Assembly (NCBI GenBank): GCA_017461635.1
Contig: JAFTXK010000078.1
Location: 1-44,959 of the forward strand
Direction of reading: 5' to 3'
From: Clostridia bacterium
GTDB lineage: Bacteria > Bacillota > Clostridia > Oscillospirales > CAG-272
Length of the DNA: 44,959 bases
This document shows, one piece after another, positions 17,761-26,463 of the stretch. Each line of letters opens with the position of its first letter. Positions within the stretch are counted from its first letter, which is position 1. The translations under genes were made by a program, and so were the position numbers. A model generated the notes under the pieces. That model saw nothing but the letters and a program-made list of their open reading frames with translations, searched no databases and had not been told where the DNA came from.

Positions 17761-18825
17761 TTATTTTATCTCGTAGATCCAGCCGTATGGGTCTTCTTTT
17801 TTACCCCACTGGATTCCCGTGAGGATATCATAAAGCTTTGAGGTAACCTCGCCGATCTCGCCGCCGTTTACTGTATATTGGGTGTCCTCATAGCAGAGAG
17901 TTCCGATGGGGGAAACAACAGCCGCAGTTCCGCAGCCCCAAGCCTCTTCAAGCTTGCCGCTCTTCATTGCGGCAACCAGCTCGTCAACCGAGAGAAGTCT
18001 TTCCTCAACCTCATATCCCATATCGCGGAGAACCTCGATACAGCTCTTTCTTGTGATACCGGGAAGGATAGAGCCTGTCAGCGCAGGTGTTACAACCTTG
18101 CCGCCGATCTTGAACATTACATTCATTGCCCCGACTTCCTCAATATATTTTCTCTCAACGCCGTCAAGCCAGAGAACCTGTGTATAGCCCTTCTTTGCGG
18201 CTCTTTCGCCTGCTCTTGTGGATGCCGCATAGTTACCGCCGCATTTAGCAAAGCCCGTACCGCCTCTTACAGCTCTTACGTCCTCACTCTCGATCATTAT
18301 CTTAACGGGGTTGATGCCCTCGGCATAGTAACTGCCGCTGGGGGATGCGATTATCATAAATGTTGCTCTCTTAACGCCGTGAACACCGAGATGCTCATCG
18401 TTGCCGAACATGAAAGGACGGAGATATAGAGAAGTTCCGAAGGATCTCGGTACCCATTTTTCTTCAAGCTTAACAAATACTGTCAGTGCCTCAAGAAAAT
18501 CCTGCTCGTCAAGGAGCGGCAGACACATGCGGTCAGCCGAGGTGTTCATTCTCTTGATATTTTCCATGGGGCGGAAAAGACGAACGCTTCCGTCCTCGCA
18601 TCTATAAGCCTTAAGACCTTCAAATATTTCCGCGCCGTAATGAAGCACTGTTGAGGCAGGATGCAGAGAGAGATTTCCGAAGGGAACTATTCTTGCATCG
18701 TGCCAACCCTTGCCTTCGTCATAGTCCATAAGGAACATATGATCGGAAAAGACCTTGCCGAAGCCGAGCTCATTTTCCGGGGGACATACTCTTGGATTTG
18801 TTGTTTTTGTGATTTTGATTTCCAT
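17761..18825 (-). CDS. ilvE: Branched-chain amino acid aminotransferase
   Basis: 354 aa class IV aminotransferase: ...FSDHMF..., ...HYGAEIFEGLKAY..., ...GGTGFAKCGGNYA... Confidence 0.93.
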   Translation of the reverse strand: MEIKITKTTNPRVCPPENELGFGKVFSDHMFLMDYDEGKGWHDARIVPFGNLSLHPASTVLHYGAEIFEGLKAYRCEDGSVRLFRPMENIKRMNTSADRMCLPLLDEQDFLEALTVFVKLEEKWVPRSFGTSLYLRPFMFGNDEHLGVHGVKRATFMIIASPSGSYYAEGINPVKIMIESEDVRAVRGGTGFAKCGGNYAASTRAGERAAKKGYTQVLWLDGVERKYIEEVGAMNVMFKIGGKVVTPALTGSILPGITRKSCIEVLRDMGYEVEERLLSVDELVAAMKSGKLEEAWGCGTAAVVSPIGTLCYEDTQYTVNGGEIGEVTSKLYDILTGIQWGKKEDPYGWIYEIK

Positions 18826-18903
18826 ATTATATAACCAGCCTTTCAGGGGATTTGATTCGTTTATTTTGATATAAAAACTTTTACTACTTTACCATGATAA
18901 AAT

Positions 18904-18932
18904 ATTATAATACGCATTTTGCCGCAAGTCAA
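18904..18932 (-). promoter_or_regulatory. SigmaA promoter for ilvE
   Basis: Minus strand TTGACT-17 nt-TATAAT, ~80 nt upstream of the ilvE ATG. Confidence 0.6.
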
Positions 18933-18955
18933 GAGATTTTTCGCATTTTTTGCTT

Positions 18956-19210
18956 TTATATCTGTTTATTGACGCTTTTATATTCGTCATAAAATTTATA
19001 ATAAGGGCATGCTGAATTTTTACCCGAAAGGAAGCGGATCATCTCATCCTCATCAAGAGACATTTTGCAGTAATAGCAGTCACATTCCTCGTCATAATCA
19101 TAAAACTCGCAGTCCTCGCATCGGCTTTGGCGTTTTTTCATTGAGGGAAGCTTTGGGTTTTCTCGTTCGCTCTTGGGGATAAATTTTGTGCGCATTGAAT
19201 CGTCACTCAT
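18956..19210 (-). CDS. Small acidic cysteine-rich protein (putative Zn-binding), unknown function
   Basis: 84 aa with a CEDCEF...CDCYYC...C pattern (6 Cys). The start overlaps the gtrA-like stop (ATGAGTGA), implying translational coupling. Confidence 0.55.
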   Translation of the reverse strand: MSDDSMRTKFIPKSERENPKLPSMKKRQSRCEDCEFYDYDEECDCYYCKMSLDEDEMIRFLSGKNSACPYYKFYDEYKSVNKQI

Positions 19211-19628
19211 GCTTATTCCCCTTTCTGAAAATGATCAGCTTACTGAAAACATAATTGAGAATGACAACGATCACGGATGCCGCGATCTTAACGGCATATT
19301 TATTCCATTCAAGCTGTCCGTAGAGTACTTCGATTATCACTTCCTGAATCACAAAGGTAAGCATACGGCTGCTCGCAAAGCCGATGATCTCTCGTATGAT
19401 CCTGGGCGTGCCCTTTGCCTTGCTCCTAAAAACGAAGATTCGATTGGTAATATAAGCAAAGGCAACAGCCGCGATCCAGGCGATAACATCCGCGGTATGA
19501 ACCTCCGTTCCGATCCTGTAAAGCAGGAAGGAAATGACCCAGTCAACGATCGTTGTACCGCCGCCGAAGATCAGATATAAAATTACTTCCTTATTTTTAA
19601 TATAAAGCTCTTTTAACCTTTCAAGCAT
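19203..19628 (-). CDS. GtrA-family membrane protein
   Basis: MLERLKELYIKNKEVILYLIFGGGTTIVDWVISFLLY...NRIFVF... is the typical 4-TM GtrA-like pattern. ATG 19628 is 1 nt after the cysS stop. The longer track ORF (to 19820) overlaps cysS and is rejected. Confidence 0.8.
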   Translation of the reverse strand: MLERLKELYIKNKEVILYLIFGGGTTIVDWVISFLLYRIGTEVHTADVIAWIAAVAFAYITNRIFVFRSKAKGTPRIIREIIGFASSRMLTFVIQEVIIEVLYGQLEWNKYAVKIAASVIVVILNYVFSKLIIFRKGNKHE

Positions 19629-19629
19629 A

Positions 19630-21060
19630 TCAGCCCTCGAGCTTCCATGAAGTACCCTCTCGGGAATCCACAAGGGTAACGCCCTTTTCGGCGAGATAAT
19701 TGCGTATCCTGTCAGCTTCAGCAAAATTCTTTGCCTTCTTCGCCGCCGCGCGCTCTGCAATGAGCTTTTCAACCTCTGCGGCAAGCTCGCCGTCAGCTGC
19801 CGAATTTGCAGGCTCGGCATTTCTTATCTTTTCTGCATGTGAGATGAGATCGAGAGTGAGGACCTTGTCGAAATCCTCAATGAGTGCAAGCTTTGTTGCG
19901 GCGTTGGTATCCGCTTTCAGAACATCATAGAGAGCGGTTATGGCGAGAGAGGTGTTTACATCGTTGTCGAGAGCATCGGTGAATAGCTTTTTCAGCTCCT
20001 CAAATTTTGCTTCATCAACCTTTTCGCCCTCATCAACCTTAAGTGCGGCAATTCTTGCTATCAGCTTATCGAATGCCTGTGCCGCGTTGTCAAGATTTTC
20101 ATAGGTGAATACCAGCGACTTGCGATAATGAGAACCGAGGCAGAAGAAGCGGTACGCCTTGGGATCATATCCCTTGGATTCGAGCAGGGAAACCGTGAGA
20201 AACTCGCCTTTGGATTTTGACATCTTACCGCTGTTTGTATTCAGATGGAGCACGTGGAACCAATAATTGCACCACTTATGACCGAGATATGCCTCGGACT
20301 GCGCGATCTCGTTAGTATGGTGAGGAAAAGCATTATCGATGCCGCCGCAATGGATATCCAGATCCTCGCCCAGATGCTTCATTGAGATGCAGGAGCATTC
20401 GATATGCCAACCGGGATAGCCCACGCCCCAGGGTGAATCCCATTTAAGAGCCTGATCCTCGAATTTTGATTTTGTGAACCAGAGAACGAAATCATTCTTG
20501 TTTTTCTTATTTTCGTCTGCTTCAACGCCCTCTCTGACGCCAACCTCAAGGTCGTCCTCGTCAAAGTTGTTGAAAACATAATACTGCTTCAGCTTTGAGG
20601 TGTCAAAATAAACATTTCCGCCCGCTATATAGGCAAATCCCTTTTCGAGAAGACCTTCGACGACCTTGATGAATTCGTCTATACAGTTTGTTGCGGGCTC
20701 AACTACGTCGGGGGTCTTGATGCCAAGCTTTTCGCAATCGGCAAAGAACGCATCGGTATAGAACTGAGCGATCTCCATAACGGTCTTGTGTTCGCGCTTT
20801 GCGCCCTTAAGCATTTTGTCCTCGCCCTCGTCGGCATCACTGGTCAGATGCCCTACATCGGTGATATTCATAACGCGCTTGACATCATAGCCGATATAGC
20901 GCAGATATTTTTCCAGCACATCCTCCATAATGTATGTGCGCAGATTTCCGATGTGTGCAAAATGATAGACCGTTGGTCCGCAGGTGTACATTTTCACCTT
21001 GCCGGGCTCGTTCGGTATAAATTCTTCTTTAGTGTGTGTCAGTGAATTATAGAGTTGCAT
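19630..21060 (-). CDS. cysS: Cysteine--tRNA ligase
   Basis: 476 aa with a HIGH-type motif (HFAHIGNLRTY) and a KMSKS motif (GKMSKSKG). Confidence 0.96.
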   Translation of the reverse strand: MQLYNSLTHTKEEFIPNEPGKVKMYTCGPTVYHFAHIGNLRTYIMEDVLEKYLRYIGYDVKRVMNITDVGHLTSDADEGEDKMLKGAKREHKTVMEIAQFYTDAFFADCEKLGIKTPDVVEPATNCIDEFIKVVEGLLEKGFAYIAGGNVYFDTSKLKQYYVFNNFDEDDLEVGVREGVEADENKKNKNDFVLWFTKSKFEDQALKWDSPWGVGYPGWHIECSCISMKHLGEDLDIHCGGIDNAFPHHTNEIAQSEAYLGHKWCNYWFHVLHLNTNSGKMSKSKGEFLTVSLLESKGYDPKAYRFFCLGSHYRKSLVFTYENLDNAAQAFDKLIARIAALKVDEGEKVDEAKFEELKKLFTDALDNDVNTSLAITALYDVLKADTNAATKLALIEDFDKVLTLDLISHAEKIRNAEPANSAADGELAAEVEKLIAERAAAKKAKNFAEADRIRNYLAEKGVTLVDSREGTSWKLEG

Positions 21061-21066
21061 TTTATT

Positions 21067-21834
21067 TTATCCTTTCAATTTCTCTTCAAGCTCTGCTATC
21101 TTTTCTTCAAGACGCTTCAACTCCTGCGCAACAGGGTCGGGGATATGAACCTGGTCAAGGTCGTCCACCTTGATGCCCTCGCGCTTGACTACCTTTGCGG
21201 GAATGCCCACTGCTGTGCAGTTATCGGGGATCTCGGTAAGGACCACCGCGCCTGCGGCAACCTTGGTATTATCCCCGATGCGCATAGGTCCGAGAACCTT
21301 TGCACCCGCGCCGACCATCACGCTATTTCCGAGGGTAGGGTGGCGTTTTCCGACATCCTTACCCGTACCGCCGAGGGTAACACCCTGATAGATGGTGCAG
21401 TCATCACCGATCTCGGTAGTTTCACCGATAACGACGGCGGCACCGTGGTCGATGAAGAGACGTTTGCCGATCTTCGCTCCGGGATGGATCTCGATTCCCG
21501 TGATAAATTTAGCAAACTGGCTCACCGCTCTTGCGCTGAAATAATGCTCTGTAAGATAGAGCTTATGTGAAACACGGTATGCCAGGATCGCATGAAGTCC
21601 CGAATATAGCAGAAGGACTTCGGTATCGCTTTTTGCCGCAGGGTCGCGGTCGCGGAAGGTCTTTACCTCCTCGCGCACTGTCTCGGCAGTTTTTTTCATT
21701 GCTTCGGGCATGGAAGCAAGAGCATCCGCTGTGCGGACTGCGCTCTTTGCCGCCTTCCTTCCGAAAGCTGTCAGGCTTTCCGCCGCATTATTAATGTCGC
21801 ACATCAATGCCTTTGTGTTGATCTTGAGTTTCAT
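21067..21834 (-). CDS. cysE: Serine O-acetyltransferase
   Basis: Hexapeptide-repeat C-terminal half (GIEIHPGAKIGKRLFIDHGAAVVIGETTEIGDDCTIYQGVTLGG...) plus the SATase N-domain motif RDPAA. It has a ~45-aa N-terminal extension and a C-terminal coiled tail. Confidence 0.9.
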   Translation of the reverse strand: MKLKINTKALMCDINNAAESLTAFGRKAAKSAVRTADALASMPEAMKKTAETVREEVKTFRDRDPAAKSDTEVLLLYSGLHAILAYRVSHKLYLTEHYFSARAVSQFAKFITGIEIHPGAKIGKRLFIDHGAAVVIGETTEIGDDCTIYQGVTLGGTGKDVGKRHPTLGNSVMVGAGAKVLGPMRIGDNTKVAAGAVVLTEIPDNCTAVGIPAKVVKREGIKVDDLDQVHIPDPVAQELKRLEEKIAELEEKLKG

Positions 21835-21870
21835 TATCTACTCCATATCCAGAATCGGGATGCCGCAGTG

Positions 21871-22121
21871 AAAACAAAAAGCCTCCGTACCAATAGGTAC
21901 AGAGGCGCAAAAAGCACGGTTCCACTCTGCTTACCGCCATGTTTCGGACGGCATCTCATAAGCCTTTAACGCAGCAATGCGACCAAGCCTAATAACCTTC
22001 AGGGCTTTCGGTTCGGGGTCTCCCGGAGGCACAAGCCGATTCTGCCGTACTGCCGCTTTCAGCCCATGGCGGCAGATCTCTTTACGGTGTTTTTCGGTTT
22101 CTTTCCGTTCAGTGACCATTT
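21871..22121 (-). promoter_or_regulatory. T-box riboswitch leader (tRNA-Cys type) controlling cysE-cysS
   Basis: The minus strand has an AAAGAGA stem I start and a T-box core AGAGUGGAACCGUG (plus 21915-21928). The terminator is GCCUCUGUACC-uauu-GGUACGGAGGC followed by UUUUUGUUUUC. The UGGA bulge matches the U73 discriminator of tRNA-Cys. Confidence 0.85.
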
Positions 22122-22127
22122 TATAAT

Positions 22128-22156
22128 ATTATATACAATTTTTTTTCTTTTGTAAA
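22128..22156 (-). promoter_or_regulatory. SigmaA promoter for the Cys T-box operon
   Basis: Minus strand TTTACA-17 nt-TATAAT. Confidence 0.6.
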
Positions 22157-22269
22157 GCCTTTTTTGAAAATTTTTTACTTCTGTGAAAATAAATACGCTT
22201 TTTTGTAACAAATTCACTTTTTTGAGAGCTAAAATGTGTTTTTTGTAGGATAAATATCCGAAAAAGCTA

Positions 22270-22298
22270 TTGACAGAGCCCGTTTTTGGTGATATAAT
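22270..22298 (+). promoter_or_regulatory. SigmaA promoter for the LCP-sortase locus
   Basis: TTGACA-17 nt-TATAAT with TGn extended -10, 35 nt upstream of ATG 22333. Confidence 0.65.
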
Positions 22299-22332
22299 AG
22301 CATAGAAATATAATTGGGTGAGCTGTGTAATT

Positions 22333-23505
22333 ATGAATAATAATCCAAAAAAAGACGGGAATAAAGGCTTCTCTTTCGCTCGCCTTTCAAAAGGAGCATT
22401 TATAGCTCTCGGATGTATTTTGGCTGTTATCGTTATTCTTGTCGGCGCCCTCGTCGGTGTTTTTTTTGCTTTGAAAACGGCAGGAAGAGCGTCGATGGCT
22501 GATCGAAGAGAAGAAGCGAATATTGTTGATACCGATTATGTTTATGATCCGGATGTTATCAGCTATGAGGGAAAGAAATATAGGTTTAATCGAGATCTTT
22601 CAACCTTCCTTTTCATGGGTATCGATGAAGGCAGGGCTGAGGAATATATGGCTGAGAGCAGACGGAAGGTTGCAGAAAAACGTGCTGAGAAAAACGGAAC
22701 AAGCGTTGAATATGAGCTGGAAAAATATGAAAAACAGCTCGCAGAAAACGGTTATTCCTTTGAATATGAGGATGGCGTAGGTCAGGCAGATGTTCTGCTC
22801 CTTCTTGTGCTTGACGAGAAAAATGAGCATGTATCGATCATATCCATTGACCGAAATTCCATGTCATATTATGAGACCTTCGATATTGAGGGCAACAATA
22901 TGGGCGCATCGGAAGGTCAGTTGGCTCTTGCCTATTCCTATGGAGACGGAGCTCACGAGAGCTGCAAAATGACAGTGAGCGCGGTTTCGGATTTCCTTTA
23001 CGAGATCCCGATCCACGCATATTATTCGATGAATTATTATGCGATAAAGGATCTCACCGATACAGTCGGTGGAGTTGAGGTAACGATACCTGTGGATATG
23101 ACCGCCACCGATGAAAGCTTTGCCGAGGGAAGCACCATAAGGCTTACGGGAGAGCTTGCGCAGAAATATCTCAGCGCAAGGCAGGAGCTTGAAGACGGTT
23201 CAAACGAAGGCAGAATTGAAAGACAGAAGCAATTCATTTTTTCTTTTATAGATACGGCGGTAAATGCTGTGAAGGGCGACTTTGATCTTCCCATTGAGCT
23301 TTATAATAAAATAGCTGAAAACAGCTGTACAGACCTTACTGTGGATGAGATAGTTTATCTTGCGGATACCGCATTGAATGTTGATATCTCTTATCACAGC
23401 ATAGAAGGAACTACAGACGAAAGCGGCACATTTGCCGAGTTCAGACCAAATGAGGATGCGCTCTGGCAGCTTATACTGGATATTTTCTATATTTGTGAGG
23501 ATTAA
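22333..23505 (+). CDS. LCP (LytR-CpsA-Psr) family cell-wall glycopolymer ligase
   Basis: N-terminal TM anchor, then FLFMGIDEG...QADVLLLLVLDEKNEHVSIISIDRNSM...IHAYYSMNY..., which is LCP-domain signature order. An acidic/Lys-rich insertion lies between the first two motifs. Confidence 0.85.
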   Translation: MNNNPKKDGNKGFSFARLSKGAFIALGCILAVIVILVGALVGVFFALKTAGRASMADRREEANIVDTDYVYDPDVISYEGKKYRFNRDLSTFLFMGIDEGRAEEYMAESRRKVAEKRAEKNGTSVEYELEKYEKQLAENGYSFEYEDGVGQADVLLLLVLDEKNEHVSIISIDRNSMSYYETFDIEGNNMGASEGQLALAYSYGDGAHESCKMTVSAVSDFLYEIPIHAYYSMNYYAIKDLTDTVGGVEVTIPVDMTATDESFAEGSTIRLTGELAQKYLSARQELEDGSNEGRIERQKQFIFSFIDTAVNAVKGDFDLPIELYNKIAENSCTDLTVDEIVYLADTALNVDISYHSIEGTTDESGTFAEFRPNEDALWQLILDIFYICED

Positions 23506-23513
23506 TAAATAAA

Positions 23514-24377
23514 ATGGAGAATAATGAAGGCAAAGCAAAGCGCGGAAAGGGCCGACTGATATTCTGGCTTATCCTCTTCATTGTTTTCATCATCATCGCG
23601 GCGGCATGCGTTGGTATCTGGGCTTACCATATAGTGCTCAGGCATACCATGAATGAGCTTTATAATGATGCCAGAGTCATTCTTAATGACGCGCCCGATG
23701 TGAATATGGGTACTTCGGATGCCTCGGATGATCTTCCCGTCACCCCCTTGCCCGATGATGAAAATAAGGGCGAGGAAACAGACGCAAAACCGATGGTGAG
23801 TATCGATTTTGAGATGCTGAAGGCGACCTCTGCCGATGTTTATGCTTGGATCGAGATACCGGGTACTCCCGTGGCTTTCCCGATAGTACAGCACCCGACA
23901 AACAACAATTATTATCTGCGAAAGGCTATAAACGGTTCTTATGATATTACCGGCTGTATCTATACGCAGAATTATAATTCAAAGGATTTTTCAGATAAAA
24001 ATACAGTTATTTACGGTCACTATATGGATGACGGAACGAAATTCGGATCGCTCCTTTCCTATATGGATCATGAATTCTTTGAAGCACACAGAAGGATCGA
24101 TGTTTATACCGAAAATGAATGGTTTACCTATGAGGTCTTTGCGGCGATACCTTTTAACACAAGGCATATCCTCAAATCCTATAAAACCGTGATCGATCCC
24201 CATGAGGCATTTTTGAAGGATGTATATTCTTCGGCGGATGCGCGTTCCATCATTGATGAAGATGTAAAGGTGGATCCGGAGACCGACAGGATAATTACTC
24301 TTTCCACCTGCCTTAAAACCGACACGAGAAGATATCTCGTGTTGGCAAAACTTGTGAAATCACAATTATGTGAATAA
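23514..24377 (+). CDS. srtB: Class B sortase
   Basis: N-terminal TM, then YAWIEIPGTPVAFPIVQHPTNNNYYLRK, VIYGH, the catalytic TLSTC motif and a downstream R (RRYLVLAKL). Confidence 0.88.
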   Translation: MENNEGKAKRGKGRLIFWLILFIVFIIIAAACVGIWAYHIVLRHTMNELYNDARVILNDAPDVNMGTSDASDDLPVTPLPDDENKGEETDAKPMVSIDFEMLKATSADVYAWIEIPGTPVAFPIVQHPTNNNYYLRKAINGSYDITGCIYTQNYNSKDFSDKNTVIYGHYMDDGTKFGSLLSYMDHEFFEAHRRIDVYTENEWFTYEVFAAIPFNTRHILKSYKTVIDPHEAFLKDVYSSADARSIIDEDVKVDPETDRIITLSTCLKTDTRRYLVLAKLVKSQLCE

Positions 24378-24412
24378 TTAAAAATATATTTTACTTAAAG
24401 GAGACAAAAAAC

Positions 24413-25132
24413 ATGAAAAAACTGGTATCAATCCTCGTTCTCACAGCTCTTGTTCTTTCTACACTTTCTTTCGCAGTTTCTGCGGCAGGCAGCCCTGTAG
24501 GCAAGATCACAAGCGTAGCAGAAGCAAACCCCGCAGTTGTTGACGCAGAAGGCAACGCAGTTGCTGATGTTGATACAACAGGCGCGCTCACAAAGCTCAC
24601 TCATCATGATGAAAAGGCTGATTATGTTCCCGATCATGATCAGTTTGTTGCCCATTTCGGCCATGCTTTTGACGGCTATAAGTTCTTCGGTTCCTTCGAC
24701 CTTAGACTTACCGATCACGGTAAGAAGGTTGTCGGCAACGGTAAGCTTACAGGCGTTGAGCTTACTATCAATGTTCCCGGTCTGACAGAAGCAAACAACA
24801 TTACAGTTTTCTATTTCGATGTTGAGCACGATGTATATCACATCATCAAGAACATCAAGGTTGAAGGCTCTACTGTTACATTTAAGGCAATGCCCCTTAC
24901 AGCAGGCACAGATGTAGCAGCTCTCGCTTCTGTAGATGCACTTGCAATCTCTCTCCTCAGCGCAACAGAGGAAGTTACTGTTTCTGATACAGATATCGGT
25001 TACTATGGCGTTATCTATACAGGTGCTGTAACATCTCCCTCCACCGGCGTTCCTACCGCTGCTTTCGTTATCGTGCTCGTAGTTGCACTCGCAGGCGCAG
25101 CATTTGCCGGCAAGAAGATCTTTGCAAAGTAA
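24413..25132 (+). CDS. Secreted cell-wall-anchored surface protein with an SPSTG sorting signal
   Basis: Signal peptide MKKLVSILVLTALVLSTLSFAVSAAG. The C-terminal tripartite signal is SPSTG (25034-25048), a hydrophobic stretch and KKIFAK. RBS AAAGGAGA upstream. Confidence 0.8.
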   Translation: MKKLVSILVLTALVLSTLSFAVSAAGSPVGKITSVAEANPAVVDAEGNAVADVDTTGALTKLTHHDEKADYVPDHDQFVAHFGHAFDGYKFFGSFDLRLTDHGKKVVGNGKLTGVELTINVPGLTEANNITVFYFDVEHDVYHIIKNIKVEGSTVTFKAMPLTAGTDVAALASVDALAISLLSATEEVTVSDTDIGYYGVIYTGAVTSPSTGVPTAAFVIVLVVALAGAAFAGKKIFAK

Positions 25133-25167
25133 TTTAATTTTGACATAGAATTGTGATTTGAATCAAG

Positions 25168-25205
25168 AATCCCTGCGGAGCTTTCCGCAGGGATTTTTGT
25201 CTTTT
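25168..25205. terminator. Bidirectional terminator between the surface-protein gene and the MFS gene
   Basis: AATCCCTGCGGA-gctt-TCCGCAGGGATT followed by TTTTGTCTTTT. Confidence 0.75.
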
Positions 25206-25223
25206 ATTTTATTTGAAACAGTA

Positions 25224-26426
25224 TTATCTTCTCAGCTTTTTCTTTATTATATCATAGGGAAGAGCTACTATAATCCCGAGGATCATAAGAGCGAGCCATA
25301 CAAGGATAAGATTTCCCCATCCGATTCCAGAAACCGCATTAGCGAATACAGAGCTTGATACAGCGGCGGCAACATAGCTGAGAAAATCAAGGAAGCCTGT
25401 TGCGCTCGATACCATTCCTGTATCTCTCAGGCTGGGGCAATAAAAGCTCCATAGCATCGAAGCTGCTCCGTTTGATCCCATGACTGCCAGGACCATGAAG
25501 ATCAGATTCACCGCCGGCACTTTTATCAGATACACAAGAATGAAAGAGACTGCCGCCGCAGAAAACATGATCAGAATGGTAAGATCCATATTTCTGTGCA
25601 GTCTTTCGAAAACAAATAAGGTTATAAAGGCAGTTGTCGAAATTGCAAGAGTTGCAACAGTAAAAATAATTGCAGAGGTATCGGGATCAAAGCCGAGATA
25701 CTGAGAAATATATGTCGGAAGCCAAAAAACAACGGCTGTGCGAACTATTCCCGTTATCATAGAGATGAGCGAGAACTTCACAATTCTGTGCTCCAGCAGT
25801 ACCTTTATACTGCCCTTTTCCTTTTCGCGCTTATACTGATTATATTTGACTATGCCTTTTTTCTCGAAATAGAGGAAAAAGGTGAAAACTACTGCTGCCA
25901 TTAAAAGCAGAATACCGCTGCCAACGGTAAAAACATTCTGCCAGGCAAGTACTGCTGCCACGATTCCCGCTATCGGAGAACCGAAGAAGGAGGCAAAGGT
26001 ATATCCGATGCTGCATCTGGAAGCATAGATAGGCTCGGTATTCTCGGCAACTGTTTTTGTCATCGGTCCGTAGATCATGGCAAGGCAAAAGCCCGAAAGA
26101 CCGTAGGCTATGAGAGAAATGCCGGGGATATCGGCAATAAGGGAAAAGATAAAATTCATCACTCCTGCAAGTGCCAGACCGAAGCTTATCATATATTTAG
26201 CTTTGATCTTATCACCGATGGCACCGTTAATGAGCTGTCCTATGGCATAAAAAATAAAATATGCAGAGGATATCTGACCGATATAAGGCTCGGTAAATCC
26301 GCCGCTCTCCACCATCTGAGGTGTGACAGTGCTGAGAATATTGCGGACAAAATAGACCGCAAGATAGGATACCGAGCAGATCGAACCGATATAAAAAGCA
26401 TGCTTTGCGTTTTGACTGATCTTCAT
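25224..26426 (-). CDS. MFS transporter
   Basis: 400 aa with ~12 hydrophobic segments and an MFS-type loop (GAIGDKIKAKY). Confidence 0.85.
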   Translation of the reverse strand: MKISQNAKHAFYIGSICSVSYLAVYFVRNILSTVTPQMVESGGFTEPYIGQISSAYFIFYAIGQLINGAIGDKIKAKYMISFGLALAGVMNFIFSLIADIPGISLIAYGLSGFCLAMIYGPMTKTVAENTEPIYASRCSIGYTFASFFGSPIAGIVAAVLAWQNVFTVGSGILLLMAAVVFTFFLYFEKKGIVKYNQYKREKEKGSIKVLLEHRIVKFSLISMITGIVRTAVVFWLPTYISQYLGFDPDTSAIIFTVATLAISTTAFITLFVFERLHRNMDLTILIMFSAAAVSFILVYLIKVPAVNLIFMVLAVMGSNGAASMLWSFYCPSLRDTGMVSSATGFLDFLSYVAAAVSSSVFANAVSGIGWGNLILVWLALMILGIIVALPYDIIKKKLRR

Positions 26427-26463
26427 TTTCTATTGTTCCTTTCAATGTCGTAAAGTAGATATA

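Noticed and set aside
17182-17776. Several 65-98 aa ORFs on both strands between leuA and ilvE
   Set aside because: The region is occupied by the T-box leader, its promoter and the ilvE terminator. These ORFs lack RBSs and cross conserved RNA elements.
19629-19820. N-terminal extension of the GtrA-like ORF (track start 19820) overlapping the cysS 3' end
   Set aside because: The extension is Arg-rich, overlaps the conserved cysS coding sequence in another frame, and the GtrA homology begins at MLERLKELY (ATG 19628).
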